DNA of 63,552 bases, counting the filler, from Octopus bimaculoides (lineage: Eukaryota): assembly GCF_001194135.2 (NCBI RefSeq). It is 7 parts of 7 records of this genome, joined end to end, with 100 filler letters (N's around TTAATTAATTAA, not from the genome) between each part and the next. Parts side by side here need not be neighbours in the genome. Positions count along the whole stretch, not along the records: positions 1 to 14,088 come from NC_069003.1; 6 more parts are not named here. One strand, written 5' to 3'. Positions 1-11,652 of the stretch are shown in pieces; positions within the stretch are counted from its first letter, which is position 1; each line of letters opens with the position of its first letter. The translations under genes were made by a program, and so were the position numbers. The notes beneath the pieces were generated by a model. The model searched no databases. It worked only from the letters and a program-made list of their open reading frames with translations, and was not told the origin of the DNA.

Positions 1-58
<58 letters not shown>

Positions 59-229
59 GTACATATACATATATATATGTACATATATATACATATATAT
101 ACATGTACACGTACATACGATTGTATATACACACATATATATCTATATGCATATATGTATGTAATCACAAAAACTCATATACACATATATATATATATAC
201 GCAAACAATATATGTAAACATATGTTTGC

Positions 230-270
<41 letters not shown>
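1..270. repeat. (AT)n/(AC)n/(ATAC)n microsatellite field, representative of dozens of simple-repeat tracts across the window
   Basis: Direct reading. Other large tracts include 370-460, 590-710, 6140-6720, 9125-9700, 17530-18420, 22100-22310, 25980-26417, 27010-27380, 30980-31128, 37338-37465, 38280-38500, 50170-50520 and 61360-61820. Confidence 0.98.
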
Positions 271-275
<5 letters not shown>

Positions 276-595
276 GCACACGCGCACACATATGCATGTT
301 ATGCGCATGTGTGTATTCGCTTCTCACACAAGGAATATCAGACCTACCACAGGCCCTTGTGGCCAATAGGGATAAACAACATCATCATTATCATCATCAT
401 CATCATCATCATCATCATTATTATTAGTAGTAGTAGTAGTAGTATCATTATTATTATTCAATGCAGATTCCTACCAGAAGCGTCTTATTTTAAATATTTA
501 TCATTGCAGAAAGAGGCCAAGTTTTGTGGTTTATATAATATCTCCTTGAAGTCTGGGAAACGACAAATTGGTCACTGACAGCCATGCATTGAAAA

Positions 596-626
<31 letters not shown>

Positions 627-734
627 ATTGACAATAATAGTAACAACAACAACAGAACGACTGACGACACCAGCAACAGCAACAACAACAATAACAACCA
701 CACAGACTCTAACAGCAAAAACCTTTTTTAGTAG

Positions 735-1445
735 AGGCACGTGGCCTGATTTATATCGATCCTTGTGTTCAACTGACCCCGAAAAGATGGAAGGCAAAGT
801 TGGCCTCGGCGGAATTTGAACTCAGACTGTCAAGGTAATAACTATAATCCTTTCTGCTATCTGTATAATGACTGGAATTAGTGGCGAGGGAGCTAGTCGA
901 TTCGACCCTAGGGCTCAACCGGTACTTATTTCATCGACCCCGAAAGGATGAATGGCAAAGTCAACCTCGGCGGAATTTGAACTCAGAACATTGAGACAGG
1001 CGACATACCACTAAGCATGTCGCCCGGCGTGCTAACAATTCTGCCAGCTCGCCGCCTTGCTCGGTGCCTTAATAATAATAAGAAACCTTTCTATTATAGG
1101 CACAGGGCCTGAAATTTTCTAAGGCAGGGGTCTAGTCGATTACATCGACCCTAGTATTAATTTCATCGACCCCAAAGGGTAGAAGGCAAAGTCGACCTCG
1201 GTAGAATTTAAACTTAGATCATAGAGAGGGACGAAATACCGCTATGCATTTTCTCCGACGCCTTAACGATTCTCCCAGCTCACTGCCTTTAAGAATTAAT
1301 GGTTTCAAATTTTGGGACAAGGCCAGCAACTTTAAAGGGATTACATTGGCCCCAGTACTTGAGCTATACTTTTTTTATCCACACAGAAAAAAATATGCAA
1401 CGGAGAAGTCGACCCCAGTGGAATTTGAACTTAAACATAAAGACT
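735..1445 (-). mobile_element. Four head-to-tail copies of tRNA-derived SINE family A (about 735-832, 883-1060, 1088-1290, 1300-1445)
   Basis: Reverse complement gives head GGCGGCGAGCTGGCAGAAT(C/T)GTTAGCAC (A-box-like), GAGTTCAAATTCCGCCGAGG (B-box-like) and core GTCGACTTTGCCTTTCATCCTTTCGGGGTCGATAAAATAAGTACCAG, recurring more than 15 times in the window. Confidence 0.9.
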
Positions 1446-1468
1446 TACGAATGCAGATAGATAGATAA

Positions 1469-1501
<33 letters not shown>

Positions 1502-1506
1502 TAGAC

Positions 1507-1538
<32 letters not shown>

Positions 1539-1856
1539 GGATAAATGTTTAGATTTATATACACATGTATGCATATATGCATGCATGTGCGTATATACGT
1601 GTATATATATAGATATCTGGCATTAATTTACAGTGGTGGGAAGAGGGAAGCGACGATGGAATAATTACAAAACTAATTAATTTATTCATTCACCTATTCA
1701 TTCACTCGTTCATTATGCCTCTATAGAGGTAATTATACTCTATCGCGCTAATTAAATTCTATAGAGTTAATTATCATTCTATCGGAATAATCAGCCTTCG
1801 TAGACTTCTCTATAAATTCTTACCTATACTCTGTGTCAGTGGGGGATCGTTTGCCT

Positions 1857-2159
1857 CAGTGGTTCTCAACCAGGGTCCATGTGACCCTAGGGTATCATAT
1901 GACCTTTGGACATCCATCTGACTTTTTGGGGTCTGTATAAGATTTTGCTGGGGAAAATTATGAACAATAAATTGCTTATATTTCTACAATGCACAAAATA
2001 TTTATTTCAATTTTCCTATAAAATTCCTAGTAATATATTAATATATAAATAAAAACATATAATTGGATTTTTTTTTAAACCATGGAATTGCTATGAGGGT
2101 CAACCGAGCAAAATAGGAATCAAAGGAGTCCATAGGTCAAATATGATTGAGAGCCACTG
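1857..2159. mobile_element. hAT (Charlie-like) MITE, 303 bp
   Basis: TIRs CAGTGGTTCTCAACC (1857-1871) and GATTGAGAGCCACTG (2145-2159, 13/15 match). The flanking 8-mers GTTTGCCT and ATTTTCAT match only 5/8, so the TSD is decayed. Confidence 0.8.
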
Positions 2160-2305
2160 ATTTTCATGGTCGCTTCGTGTTGCTAGAAATAACAGCCAAA
2201 TTTCTCTTAAATCACTCTCCATGGCCTTGACCCTTTCACAGCGAAATTAAAAATCATGCGTTTGGTTAATGCAGTCGTTGTCTGGGTTGCTCCTGTTAGG
2301 AATTA

Positions 2306-2714
2306 TACTCTTTTAGTCTTTTACTCTTTTACTTGTTTCAGTCATTTGACTGCGGCCATGCTGGAGCACCGCCTTTAGTCGAGCAAATCGACCCCAGGAC
2401 TTATTCGTTGTAAGCCTAGTACTTATTCTATCGGTCTCTTGCCGAAACGCTAAGTTACGGGGACGTAAACACGCCAGCATCGGTTGTCAAGCGATGTTGG
2501 GGGAACAAACACACACATTATATATATACACATACATATATATACGATGGGCTTCTTTCAGTTTCCGTCTACCAAATCCACTCACAAAACCTTGGTCAGC
2601 CCGAGGCTATAATAGAAAGCACTTGCCCAAAGTGCCATGCAGTGGGACTGAACTCAGAACCATGTATGTGGTTGGTAAGCAAGCTACTTACCACACAGCC
2701 ACTCCTGTGCCTAT
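2306..2714 (-). mobile_element. Full-length tRNA-derived CORE-like SINE family B
   Basis: Minus strand starts ATAGGCACAGGAGTGGCTGTGTGGTAAGTAGCTTG, then GGTTCTGAGTTCAGTCCCACTGCATGGCACTTTGGGCAAGTG (CORE-like), an internal (TA/TG)n tract and the tail TGAAACAAGTAAAAGAGTAAAAG. Other pieces at 6746-6945, 9040-9112, 14189-14220, 16010-16168, 19376-19561 and 60301-60385. Confidence 0.9.
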
Positions 2715-2930
2715 GTGTTTCATCCTTTATCGTTAAACCTTTCACTGCGAAATTACATTTCATGGTTATTCTGGTGATGATGTTAAATATCTACCAAAAC
2801 AAGTGGAATTGGTATTTTCTGCAAGTAGAATTGGTATTTTCTGCAAGTAGAATTGGTATTTTCTGCTTCAATAAATTTAACAAAACAAAATAGTTTCAGT
2901 CACGACATTCATAAGCAAAAGATAGATTGG

Positions 2931-3250
2931 TACGAGGGTGAGTCAAAAAGTAATACCATTTTGTTTAGGACAGGTATTATTACCAACACAGGAACATGTA
3001 TCATACATCAAAATGAAGCTGGTTCTCTGTGGATCACATCCTTACTTCTCAACATAGTCACCGTTTCTCTCAATAGCAATGTTCCGCATTCGAATGAGAG
3101 CATGTATCCCTGCCCCATAAAATTCTGTTGACTGTTCTTTAAGCCACTTCTTCACTACAGTTTGCACTTCCTCATCACTGGAATCATTTAGCGCCTTCAG
3201 ACTATCATCTCTTCAGCCCCATGAAAGAGGGTTTGAGAGGCAAACATTAT
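2931..3250 (-). mobile_element. mariner transposon right end: TIR plus transposase C-terminus, with an inverted 66-bp internal block
   Basis: TA+CGAGGGTGAGTCAAAAAGTAAT TIR at 2931. Minus strand 3184-3042 reads SSDEEVQTVVKKWLKEQSTEFYGAGIHALIRMRNIAIERNGDYVEK*. Plus strand 3185-3250 reads HLAPSDYHLFSPMKEGLRGKHY. Confidence 0.9.
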
Positions 3251-3254
3251 TTAT

Positions 3255-3420
3255 TGTTGTCGTTGTTGTTGTTGTTGTTGCTGTTGTTTAACCACAGGTG
3301 AGGACTGATTGAATCTACCAAATAACCCCCCTATCTTTTACGATATCAGGCACCACATTGCCAAAAATGTCTTTTCATTTATAAGACAGTAGGGCTTTGA
3401 ATTCAGAGAGATTTGCGGTC
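3255..3420 (-). mobile_element. 3' part of an (AAC)n-tailed SINE-like repeat (family G)
   Basis: Minus strand ends CCTGTGGTTAAACAACAGCAACAACAAC, similar to the unit ends at 60386-61000. Confidence 0.5.
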
Positions 3421-3753
3421 CCTGTACCGCGTGCGTGTATAATACACGACAGGGTATTAAAAGATGTCGGATGAGGCGAAAGGCATATTTTATTCAATAG
3501 ATAGCATTGAAAACCTAACTGGAATATTTAATTGTGTAAGGTTGAATGACGGAGTGGAATGAACGAGTCTCAGTTTAATTTCAGGAACAATATGTTTTCC
3601 ATTCTGTGGCAATTTGGACTTCAGACACGCTTCCATGTAAATGCATTATTCAAATTCTTGTTCCATTACAAAGTCCATTAACTTTATTTTTAAAGTTTGC
3701 AATAACATTCTCGATACATTCTTTTTTTCAAAGTCATATTATGAGACGTCAAA

Positions 3754-3935
3754 GCGCCTGGCCGAGTGGTTAGAGTGTTGAACTCACGAACGCGAGAACA
3801 TAGTTTCGATTCCCGGATTGGGTGGTGCGTTGTGTTTTTACACTTCGTTTCACATTGCTCCAGTCTGTTCAGCAGTGAATGAGTAAGTCTGGTGTCCTGT
3901 TCAGTGGAGATGATGCGATCAGGGTCACTGATAAG
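3754..3935 (+). mobile_element. tRNA-derived CORE-like SINE family D, decayed
   Basis: A box TGGCCGAGTGG (3759-3769), B box GTTTCGATTCC (3803-3813), then TTTCACATTGCTCCAGTCTGTTCAGCAGTGAATGAGTA, shared with 30126-30452. Confidence 0.75.
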
Positions 3936-3942
3936 TCAGGCG

Positions 3943-5788
3943 TTAGTTTGTAAGGATTGCACAAGGCTTCGACTTCACAAACTTCATTACAGAGTACAGT
4001 GATTCACAACAGCATGTTGCACTGGAAACTGAGATGAGTCGTACACTAGTTTTCTTCAGTTTAGGATATTTTATTTCTAGAACTTGGTTCCAGAACTCAA
4101 TTGTAGACTGGGGTTCATAGATCGTCTTTAGACTCCCTCCTGTAATTCCATTAGTTCCATTTCCGTAACCAGAGGTTCGAGAATTGGACATCTGTCGTTG
4201 ACCACTTGTTGTTGGCACTCCGTCGCTTACGACGACGAGCGTTCCAGTTGATCCGATCAACGGAACAGCCTGCTCGTGAAATTAACGTGCAAGTAGCTGA
4301 GCACTCCACAGACACGTGTACCCTTAACGTAGTTCTCGGGGATATTCAGCGTGACACAGTGTGACAAGGCTGACCCCTTTGAATTACAGGCACAACAGAA
4401 ACAGGAAGTAAGAGTGAGAGAACGTTGTGGTGAAAGAGTACAGCAGGGTTCGCCACTCGTTGACCACATCAAACATAAATGAATTTACAAGAAAGGCGAA
4501 TCAGAGCTTCATCTTCCGCAAGTCATCAAACCTGGCTAGGAAATCATCAAGCAGTCTCTGTAATTTATCTTCGTATTCTTCCACAACTGGCAGAAATAAA
4601 ATGTCCTAGACTGAAGAAAACTAGAGTGCGACTCATTTCAATTTTATTGCGGGTTGTCTTGTATGTCTGTTGATTCGTCAAGAGCCAAGCTGAATGCAAG
4701 AGAATTCTTTAAATCATTTTGCATTTTGCCTGCAACATCAGCAGATGATCTGAGAGGTACGCCTCTCTGCAGTGTGGCGTGAAGTTTGTGTTTGTGCTAT
4801 TCATCGCTGAAGTCTTGCGTTATTTTAATCTAACGCTGCAACAACTTCAGTTATATTCCCCTTAACAAATTCGCCATAAGAATATGGGCGTTTAGCACGA
4901 GTAATATTCGATGAATAACAAAACTGGCTTCAGTCGTTGTATCAACTTCCTTATAGAACGTTGTCAACAGTGTCCGCTGGCCATTTAGGGATGATCTTAA
5001 CACAGTTAATTTGTTTTTCCTCAATTCTGATTTAGGTGGATAATCACACGAAAAGTTCTTTGTGATTTCTTTTATAGTGGCGTTTCAAGTTACTGGCTTT
5101 GTAATGACTGAATGACATGGCAGAAAAGGCACAAATGTTTACCTCCTTTAACGGTGAGTGCAAAATCTTCTTCTCACTCTGGCTTAAAATTGCTGTTTTC
5201 ATCTTCATATTTTCGTTTTTTACAATTTGAGGAAGCCATCTCCCTTCACAAAATTTTCACAGACACTTTTAGACAAAACTTATATCCGAAGTGTATCGAC
5301 TAGGTCTGCACAGTTCAACGTCTTGTGTTACACTGCATTAATGTACATAACGTGAGTGCGGTCGGGACAAGACTCATTAAGCCACCCGTGTCCCCGGCGC
5401 ACCCAAATCTTTAATCCCCCTTACTCATGACCTCAGACTTCTGACGTTTCTCAGTAACCCTTGCTGACCGGAAATTTCTTTAACCCCTCCTGCCTCCTAC
5501 CATTCCTTCCCTCACCACTAAAGAACAATGCCTCACTCAGATTTAGCATTAAAACTAGGATTTAAATTCTTAAATATTTTTACTAACCATGAACATTAAA
5601 CTTACGTTTTAATCCAATGGAATCTCAATTCATACTCAGTAAATAATCATAAAGCTTGAATTTTTTCTTATTTACCTTTAAAATAAACTGTGATGAAAAC
5701 GGGAGCTCAGCCGACCTATTTTCACCAGCCGCATATTAACGGTCGAAGTGCCGCATATGGTTCGCGAGCCGCGGTTTGGCCACTCCTG
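3943..5788 (-). mobile_element. Internally deleted hAT (Buster/Charlie/SPIN-like) transposon with transposase pseudogene
   Basis: Left terminus CAGGAGTGGCCAAACCGCGGCTCGCGAACCATATGCGGC at 5788. Minus-strand peptides: YPPKSELRKNKLTVLRSSLNGQRTLLTTFYKEVDTTTEASF; DLKNSLAFSLALDESTDIQDNP (first catalytic D); VVEEYEDKLQRLLDDFLARFDDL; IEFWNQVLEIKYPKLKKTSVRLISVSSATCCCESLYSVMKFVKSK (dimerisation domain). Stops and frameshifts present. Confidence 0.9.
4206..4456 (-). mobile_element. 5'-truncated SINE family C inserted in the hAT transposase, with 11-bp TSD
   Basis: Matches the 3' two-thirds of the full copy at 62373-62761. TSD TCGTTGACCAC at 4195-4205 and 4457-4467. Confidence 0.92.
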
Positions 5789-6689
5789 ACATATATATTG
5801 AACACACACAGAAAAGCAGACACAAACACACATAAACATACCCACACAAACGCATATATACACATATACACACACACTTCTGTTGCTTTGAATTCCTTCT
5901 GTCAAAGATAACCAGTTTCTACGAAACACAGAAGGAAACGGAAACAAAAATGATCGTTAACAATGCAATCTAGATAAAAATGGAGTCTCTAGCCTCGTTT
6001 TGACATTTCACTTGCACATATAGACCTACCACAGTGTGCGTCTGTTGATCGTTCATTGTTGGCCACTTTAGTCTCTTTATCTCACGTCAGACATGTCTGG
6101 TCACCTGTAAGAGATAATGTCATGGGAAAAATGTGTCACACATACACACACACATACACGTAAACTATAAACGCTGATTGATCTTCAAGATATATTTACA
6201 TAGACATGTATCTCTGTCTACATGTCATTTTAGAGAGGACATCCACATGTCAGGGCAGTGACACACGCACGCACACATACACACACAGAAACCCACGCAT
6301 ACACACACATGCTCTCACATACACATATGCACATATATATGTACACACACACCTACTCGCGCGCAATAGCGCGCGCACACACACACATACACACAAGCGC
6401 ACACAAATTCGTACCCAAATACGCACACAAACCTGTGGCCTTTATAGACACACTCACACACATAACGTACGCTCGCATGCCGACATACAGAGACACGTGT
6501 ACGTCTATACACACACACCTACATAAGGAACACACGTACACACACATACTCATACATGCATAAAGTACACATACATAAGGCACACACACATAAAGCACAC
6601 CCATACATAAGACACACTCTCACAAAGAAACATGCACTTCTATACACACACACACATAAGGCAAAACACACACACAGATATGTGTTCTC

Positions 6690-6724
<35 letters not shown>

Positions 6725-6745
6725 CACGCCTCACACAAGCTCTCA

Positions 6746-6944
6746 CGTGGTCATTTGATTGCGGCCATGCTGGAACACCGCTTTTAGTTGAACAAATCGT
6801 CCCCAGAACTTACTCATTGTAAGCCTAGTACTTATTCTATCGGTCACTTTTGCCGAACCGCTAATCTTACGGGGACGTAAGCACACCAACATGGGTGGTA
6901 GTGGAGGGGGACAAACACAGTCACACAAACATATACACACATGT

Positions 6945-6945
<1 letters not shown>
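6746..6945 (-). mobile_element. SINE family B, 3' half
   Basis: GTCATTTGATTGCGGCCATGCTGGAACACCGC...CTAGTACTTATTCTATCGGTC matches 2340-2500. Confidence 0.9.
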
Positions 6946-6977
<32 letters not shown>

Positions 6978-7767
6978 NNNNNNNNNNATAGATAGATAGA
7001 TAGAAAAATAGACAGATAGATAGATAGAGAGAAATGAAATTAAAAATGGAACCCAACAACACTTTCCCAACCCCCAAAAAATAAACTGAAACACTAAGAA
7101 TGAACATAAACCAATCAAAAAACAAAATTGGAAGACACTTCCGCCTTCTTGGACAACAAAACACAGATTTGATGTATGACTTCCGATGTGGTATATGATG
7201 GATTTTCTTAAAATCCATTGACACGCCAAAGATTTATACACTCTCTACAAACCGCCCTACTCATAAGTGTATACATACACACATACGCTTATATATATAT
7301 GTGTGTGTGTGTTCAGACACATGGCAGAGTAGACAAAAGGAAGGCATAGAGACATATATACACAGCAATAAAAAGGAAACCGATCGCGATAAAGCTACGA
7401 GTTTTTAAGCCCGTTTCCCCTTGTCTAGAAAAGCAGTGCATAACATGAACGAGAATGGATACGGTGCCAGTATGTATGGTAGAAAAAAGTAATTTTAATA
7501 ATGATAATAACAATAGTAATAATAACATCAATAATAAGGGGACGAATACTGTGGTGAAGAAGTGAAATAAAATAGAATTGAAATAATAAAAAGGAAAGAT
7601 ATCGCATAGCACACGGACGTATCGCTCACATATACACCTGCAAATGTATGTAAATACACAAATGTATGATTATATATGTGCACATATATATAAATATATA
7701 GACAGAGATAGATATACACAAGCCCCCACTTACACACACGCACACACACTCATACACATATATATGC

Positions 7768-7814
<47 letters not shown>

Positions 7815-8250
7815 TACACACAAGCAACTATATATGTAAACGCATGCGTGTATATACGTTTATATGTGTAAATATGTATATATGAATGTGTATCTATGTG
7901 GAAGTACGTGTGTGTAAACACATGCAGACACACACACACATACACTCATGCGCAAGCGCTTATTCATGTTTTTGCATGTGAGGAAATATTCTTCATATAT
8001 TGTAAAATGACATTGTGTTTGACGACAAGGCATGTTAAACTTTGTGCATTTTCATTACAAGTACCAGGCATGTTGCACATATATATATGAATGTATGTGT
8101 GTGTCTACGAGGGACATGCGCGAGGTGGGTGAGTATCCTCACGAGCCGCCCCTCCCTCAAAGGGCATAAGCTCTCTCACCACGAGAGATTTTAGGTATAA
8201 TTATACTAGTGTGTCCATCTGTTCTAATTTACTTAAATTCTATGTCTTTG

Positions 8251-8337
8251 TGCAGCTGAGGAATGCTCTACATTTTAAATCAATGTAATGATTGCATTGT
8301 TCAATTAAATGGAGTCGCATGAAACGATCGTGCTGCA
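8251..8337 (+). ncRNA. Type I hammerhead-ribozyme-like motif with long stem II; GUG triplet suggests this copy is inactive
   Basis: Stem I UGCAG/CUGCA, CUGAGGA (8256-8262), stem II AUGC...GCAU, GAAA (8321-8324), palindromic stem III ACGAUCGU. Homologous to 59924-60011. Confidence 0.7.
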
Positions 8338-8589
8338 TTACCTCTGGATATTCTTGTTGCTTATTTTGATTATATATATATATATAAACATTGATCATAG
8401 AACAAACATCAAATTCAAGTCAACGACTTTATATATAACAACATACCTCAAACATTTGATCATATATAAATATTACCATGGTTTTTAAACATATAAAAAT
8501 ATACTTTTACAGAAAACACAGAAGGTAAAAATATATGCGACTAAAATGCATAGAACGGCCTATATATATATATAGTTGAAATTTATAGG

Positions 8590-8720
8590 AAATCAAAAGA
8601 CGAAGACAGGTGTATAAACGACTAGCAAGTGTATTAGTTTGACGCTCAGGAAAATGAAAAGGTCGTTTACGTTTCGAGCCTACGCTCTTCAGCAGGAAGG
8701 AATAAGAGGTAAAACAAAAA
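8590..8720 (-). mobile_element. Penelope-pLTR-like repeat fragment with minimal hammerhead core (8668-8695)
   Basis: Minus strand CUGCUGA-A-GAGC-GUAG-GCUC-GAAAC-GUA, followed by CCTGAGCGTCAAACTAATACAC. The same family appears at 10600-10760 and 53270-53330. Confidence 0.55.
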
Positions 8721-9250
8721 AAGAAAGAGAATATATATATATCTTAATACAGACATGCACTCATTAATATATATGTGCACTTTCGTGTGCACCTACATAC
8801 GTATACACAAGCATGTTGGATGTTTACTATTTGTTATAGCTGTAGTCCTTTAGCCTTATGTAATCACTGATCTAATGGACTTGTTGTAAGAGATGTTGCA
8901 GCTTTGACCAGTTATGGTAGTGCTCTTAAGTCCACTTCCCAACCATGTTGTTTCAGGTTCGATACCGCGGGTGACCTGTGTCTTTTAAGTAAAACATGTT
9001 AGATGGGAACTCGGTAAATGGCTGCCGTATGAGCGCGGTTTTGTGTGTGTTAATCACATGGTTCTGAGTTCAGTCCCAGTATGCAGCGCCTTGGGCAAGT
9101 GTCTTCAACAAATGTCTACAAGTGTCACATCATCATCATCATCATAATTACCGATATCATCACCATCATAGTCAACCAGCATCATCGTCAACATCATCGT
9201 CATCATCATCACCATTGTCCTCATCATCATTGTCGTCGTCGTCGTCGTCG

Positions 9251-9303
<53 letters not shown>

Positions 9304-9445
9304 GCCTCATCATCCTGATCATGGTCATGGCGTTAAAGTAAAATAAGTTGACGCAAGAAGTAAAAAAAATAAGAGAAAATGAAGAGGAGAAGGAAGAAAA
9401 TGGTGACGATGATAATGATGGCGATGATGATGATGGTGATGATGG

Positions 9446-9477
<32 letters not shown>

Positions 9478-10122
9478 CTGATGATGATGATGATAAAGGT
9501 GGTAGTGGCGGTGGTGGTGGTGGTGGTGGTGGTGGTGGTNNNNNNNNNNCGACGTTGGTGATGACGACGAGGAGGCAATAAAATAAAAATAAAAGGGAAA
9601 GCAAGATAGGTAGGGGAGGAGTGGATAGGGACCAGAAAACAGGAGGTGGTGGGGGTGGGGGTGGACTTGGTGGTGTTGGTGGTGGCGCAGTAAGAAGGCA
9701 AAACAAAAAGACAGAGCGAAAAAAAAAAGGATTAGATGTAGAAAAAAACAAAGAAAGAAAGGAAAAAGAACTAAACAAAGACGGACAGAGAAAATGTCGA
9801 CTGTAATTACATTTACAGAAATCAAGAATCCATTTCCGGTCCGTGAAATCTTGTATTTCCATAAGTAAAAATGTCGGCTTTGATTATCGAATCAAAAGTT
9901 ATATTTCCGGTTTCTTTTTATAACTATTTGAAAGCGTTCGTCTTATCCTTCGTATTTTTCCTCTTATTTTTCTCTTCTTCTTGTCATTGTTGTTATTTTT
10001 TCTTCTTTTTTTTTACCCCTTCTTCGTTGTTTTTATTCTTTTACGTCTTCTCTTTTTCCTTCTTCGTCTTCGATTTTGTTTTTTTTTTCCTTTGTTTTCT
10101 TCTATTTTTCATCTTATTCTTC

Positions 10123-10340
10123 AAGGCGACGAATTGGAAGAATCGTTAGCGTATTGGACGAAATTCTTAGCGGCACATCTTCCGGTTCTTACGTTCTGTT
10201 CTGGCTTCAAATACCGCAGAGGTCGACTTTGCTTTTCATCCTTTCGGGGTCGATAAAATAAGTACCAGTTGAACACAGGGGTCAATGTAGTGACATAACC
10301 CCTTCCCATTGAATTTCAAGTCATGTATCTATAGCGAAAA
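10123..10340 (+). mobile_element. SINE family A, full length, decayed
   Basis: GGCGACGAATTGGAAGAATCGTTAGC...GAGGTCGACTTTGCTTTTCATCCTTTCGGGGTCGATAAAATAAGTACCAG. Confidence 0.9.
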
Positions 10341-10599
10341 CAATTATTTTCTCCCTTATTTGTCCCCTCGTTTTCCCGTTACTTTTCCCTTCCTCGTTCC
10401 GCTTCTTCCTTCCTTTCTTCTTCCTTCATTTTCTAAGTCTTTGAGAAGATAGATTAATTTTTATCGTTTACATTCCTTCTGCCCATTTTCTTTCCATTTG
10501 TCTTTCCTATTTACCTTTCTTTCTTGCCTCGACTCATTTGATATCTTTATTCAAGAACTAAGAGCGACTTTCTGGTCGTTCTACTGATTTCATATACTA

Positions 10600-10760
10600 T
10601 TATATCTTTCTTTCCTTCCCTTTCTCTTTTCCGACGAAGAGTTATGCTCGAAACGTTAAACACCCTCCTTTCACCGAGCGTTAAGCCAATACACTCTTTG
10701 TGCGCGTCCTCACGTTCGTTGTTTTCCTTTTTTCCCGATTTTATTCGTCTATTTGAATTG
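10600..10760 (+). mobile_element. Penelope-pLTR-like repeat fragment with minimal hammerhead core (10631-10657)
   Basis: CCGACGA-A-GAG-UUAUG-CUC-GAAAC-GUU, then CCGAGCGTTAAGCCAATACACTC; homologous to 8590-8720. Confidence 0.5.
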
Positions 10761-10796
10761 TTTATATAAAGATACGAGAAGTTTTCGTCAAGGTGA

Positions 10797-10937
10797 CTCT
10801 CATTGATGAGGAATACTCTTCCACTCTCAAAATGTGATTAACCTTTCTTTCTCCAATTACAAAATACTCGGCTAATGAAATTCTCGCTCGACACGATGTT
10901 CTAATAGCTGAGATATTCTAGAAACAGCTGTTAGAGA
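10797..10937 (+). ncRNA. Degenerate type I hammerhead-like motif with a roughly 90-nt loop on stem II
   Basis: UUGAUGA (10803-10809), stem II GGAAUA-CUC/GAG-A-UAUUCU, GAAAC-AGCU-GUU (palindromic ACAGCUGU). Stem I has four pairs (UCUC/GAGA) with an A-A mismatch at the junction. Confidence 0.45.
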
Positions 10938-11652
10938 CTATGTAAACAATTTTATTATATAGCTAAATTAAATGTCCTTGTCAAAACTTACCAAACCATT
11001 AACTTCTCATTTCTATTTTAATATATACATGCAATTATATATATGCATATANNNNNNNNNNNNNNNNNNNNNNNNNNNNNNNNNNNNNNNNNNNNNNNNN
11101 NNNNNNNNNNNNNNNNNNNNNNNNNNNNNNNNNNNNNNNNNNNNNNNNNNNNNNNNNNNNNNNNNNNNNNNNNNNNNNNNNNNNNNNNNNNNNNNNNNNN
11201 NNNNNNNNNNNNNNNNNNNNNNNNNNNNNNNNNNNNNNNNNNNNNNNNNNNNNNNNNNNNNNNNNNNNNNNNNNNNNNNNNNNNNNNNNNNNNNNNNNNN
11301 NNNNNNNNNNNNNNNNNNNNNNNNNNNNNNNNNNNNNNNNNNNNNNNNNNNNNNNNNNNNNNNNNNNNNNNNNNNNNNNNNNNNNNNNNNNNNNNNNNNN
11401 NNNNNNNNNNNNNNNNNNNNNNNNNNNNNNNNNNNNNNNNNNNNNNNNNNNNNNNNNNNNNNNNNNNNNNNNNNNNNNNNNNNNNNNNNNNNNNNNNNNN
11501 NNNNNNNNNNNNNNNNNNNNNNNNNNNNNNNNNNNNNNNNNNNNNNNNNNNNNNNNNNNNNNNNNNNNNNNNNNNNNNNNNNNNNNNNNNNNNNNNNNNN
11601 NNNNNNNNNNNNNNNNNNNNNNNNNNNNNNNNNNNNNNNNNNNNNNNNNNNN

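Noticed and set aside
735-1445. Regularly recurring conserved blocks resembling an array
   Set aside because: Unit length and tails vary and the blocks are SINE cores; this is not a CRISPR array.
3754-3820. tRNA-like sequences with A and B boxes here and at 30126 and 62373
   Set aside because: They do not close a cloverleaf and run into SINE bodies; they are SINE heads, not tRNA genes.
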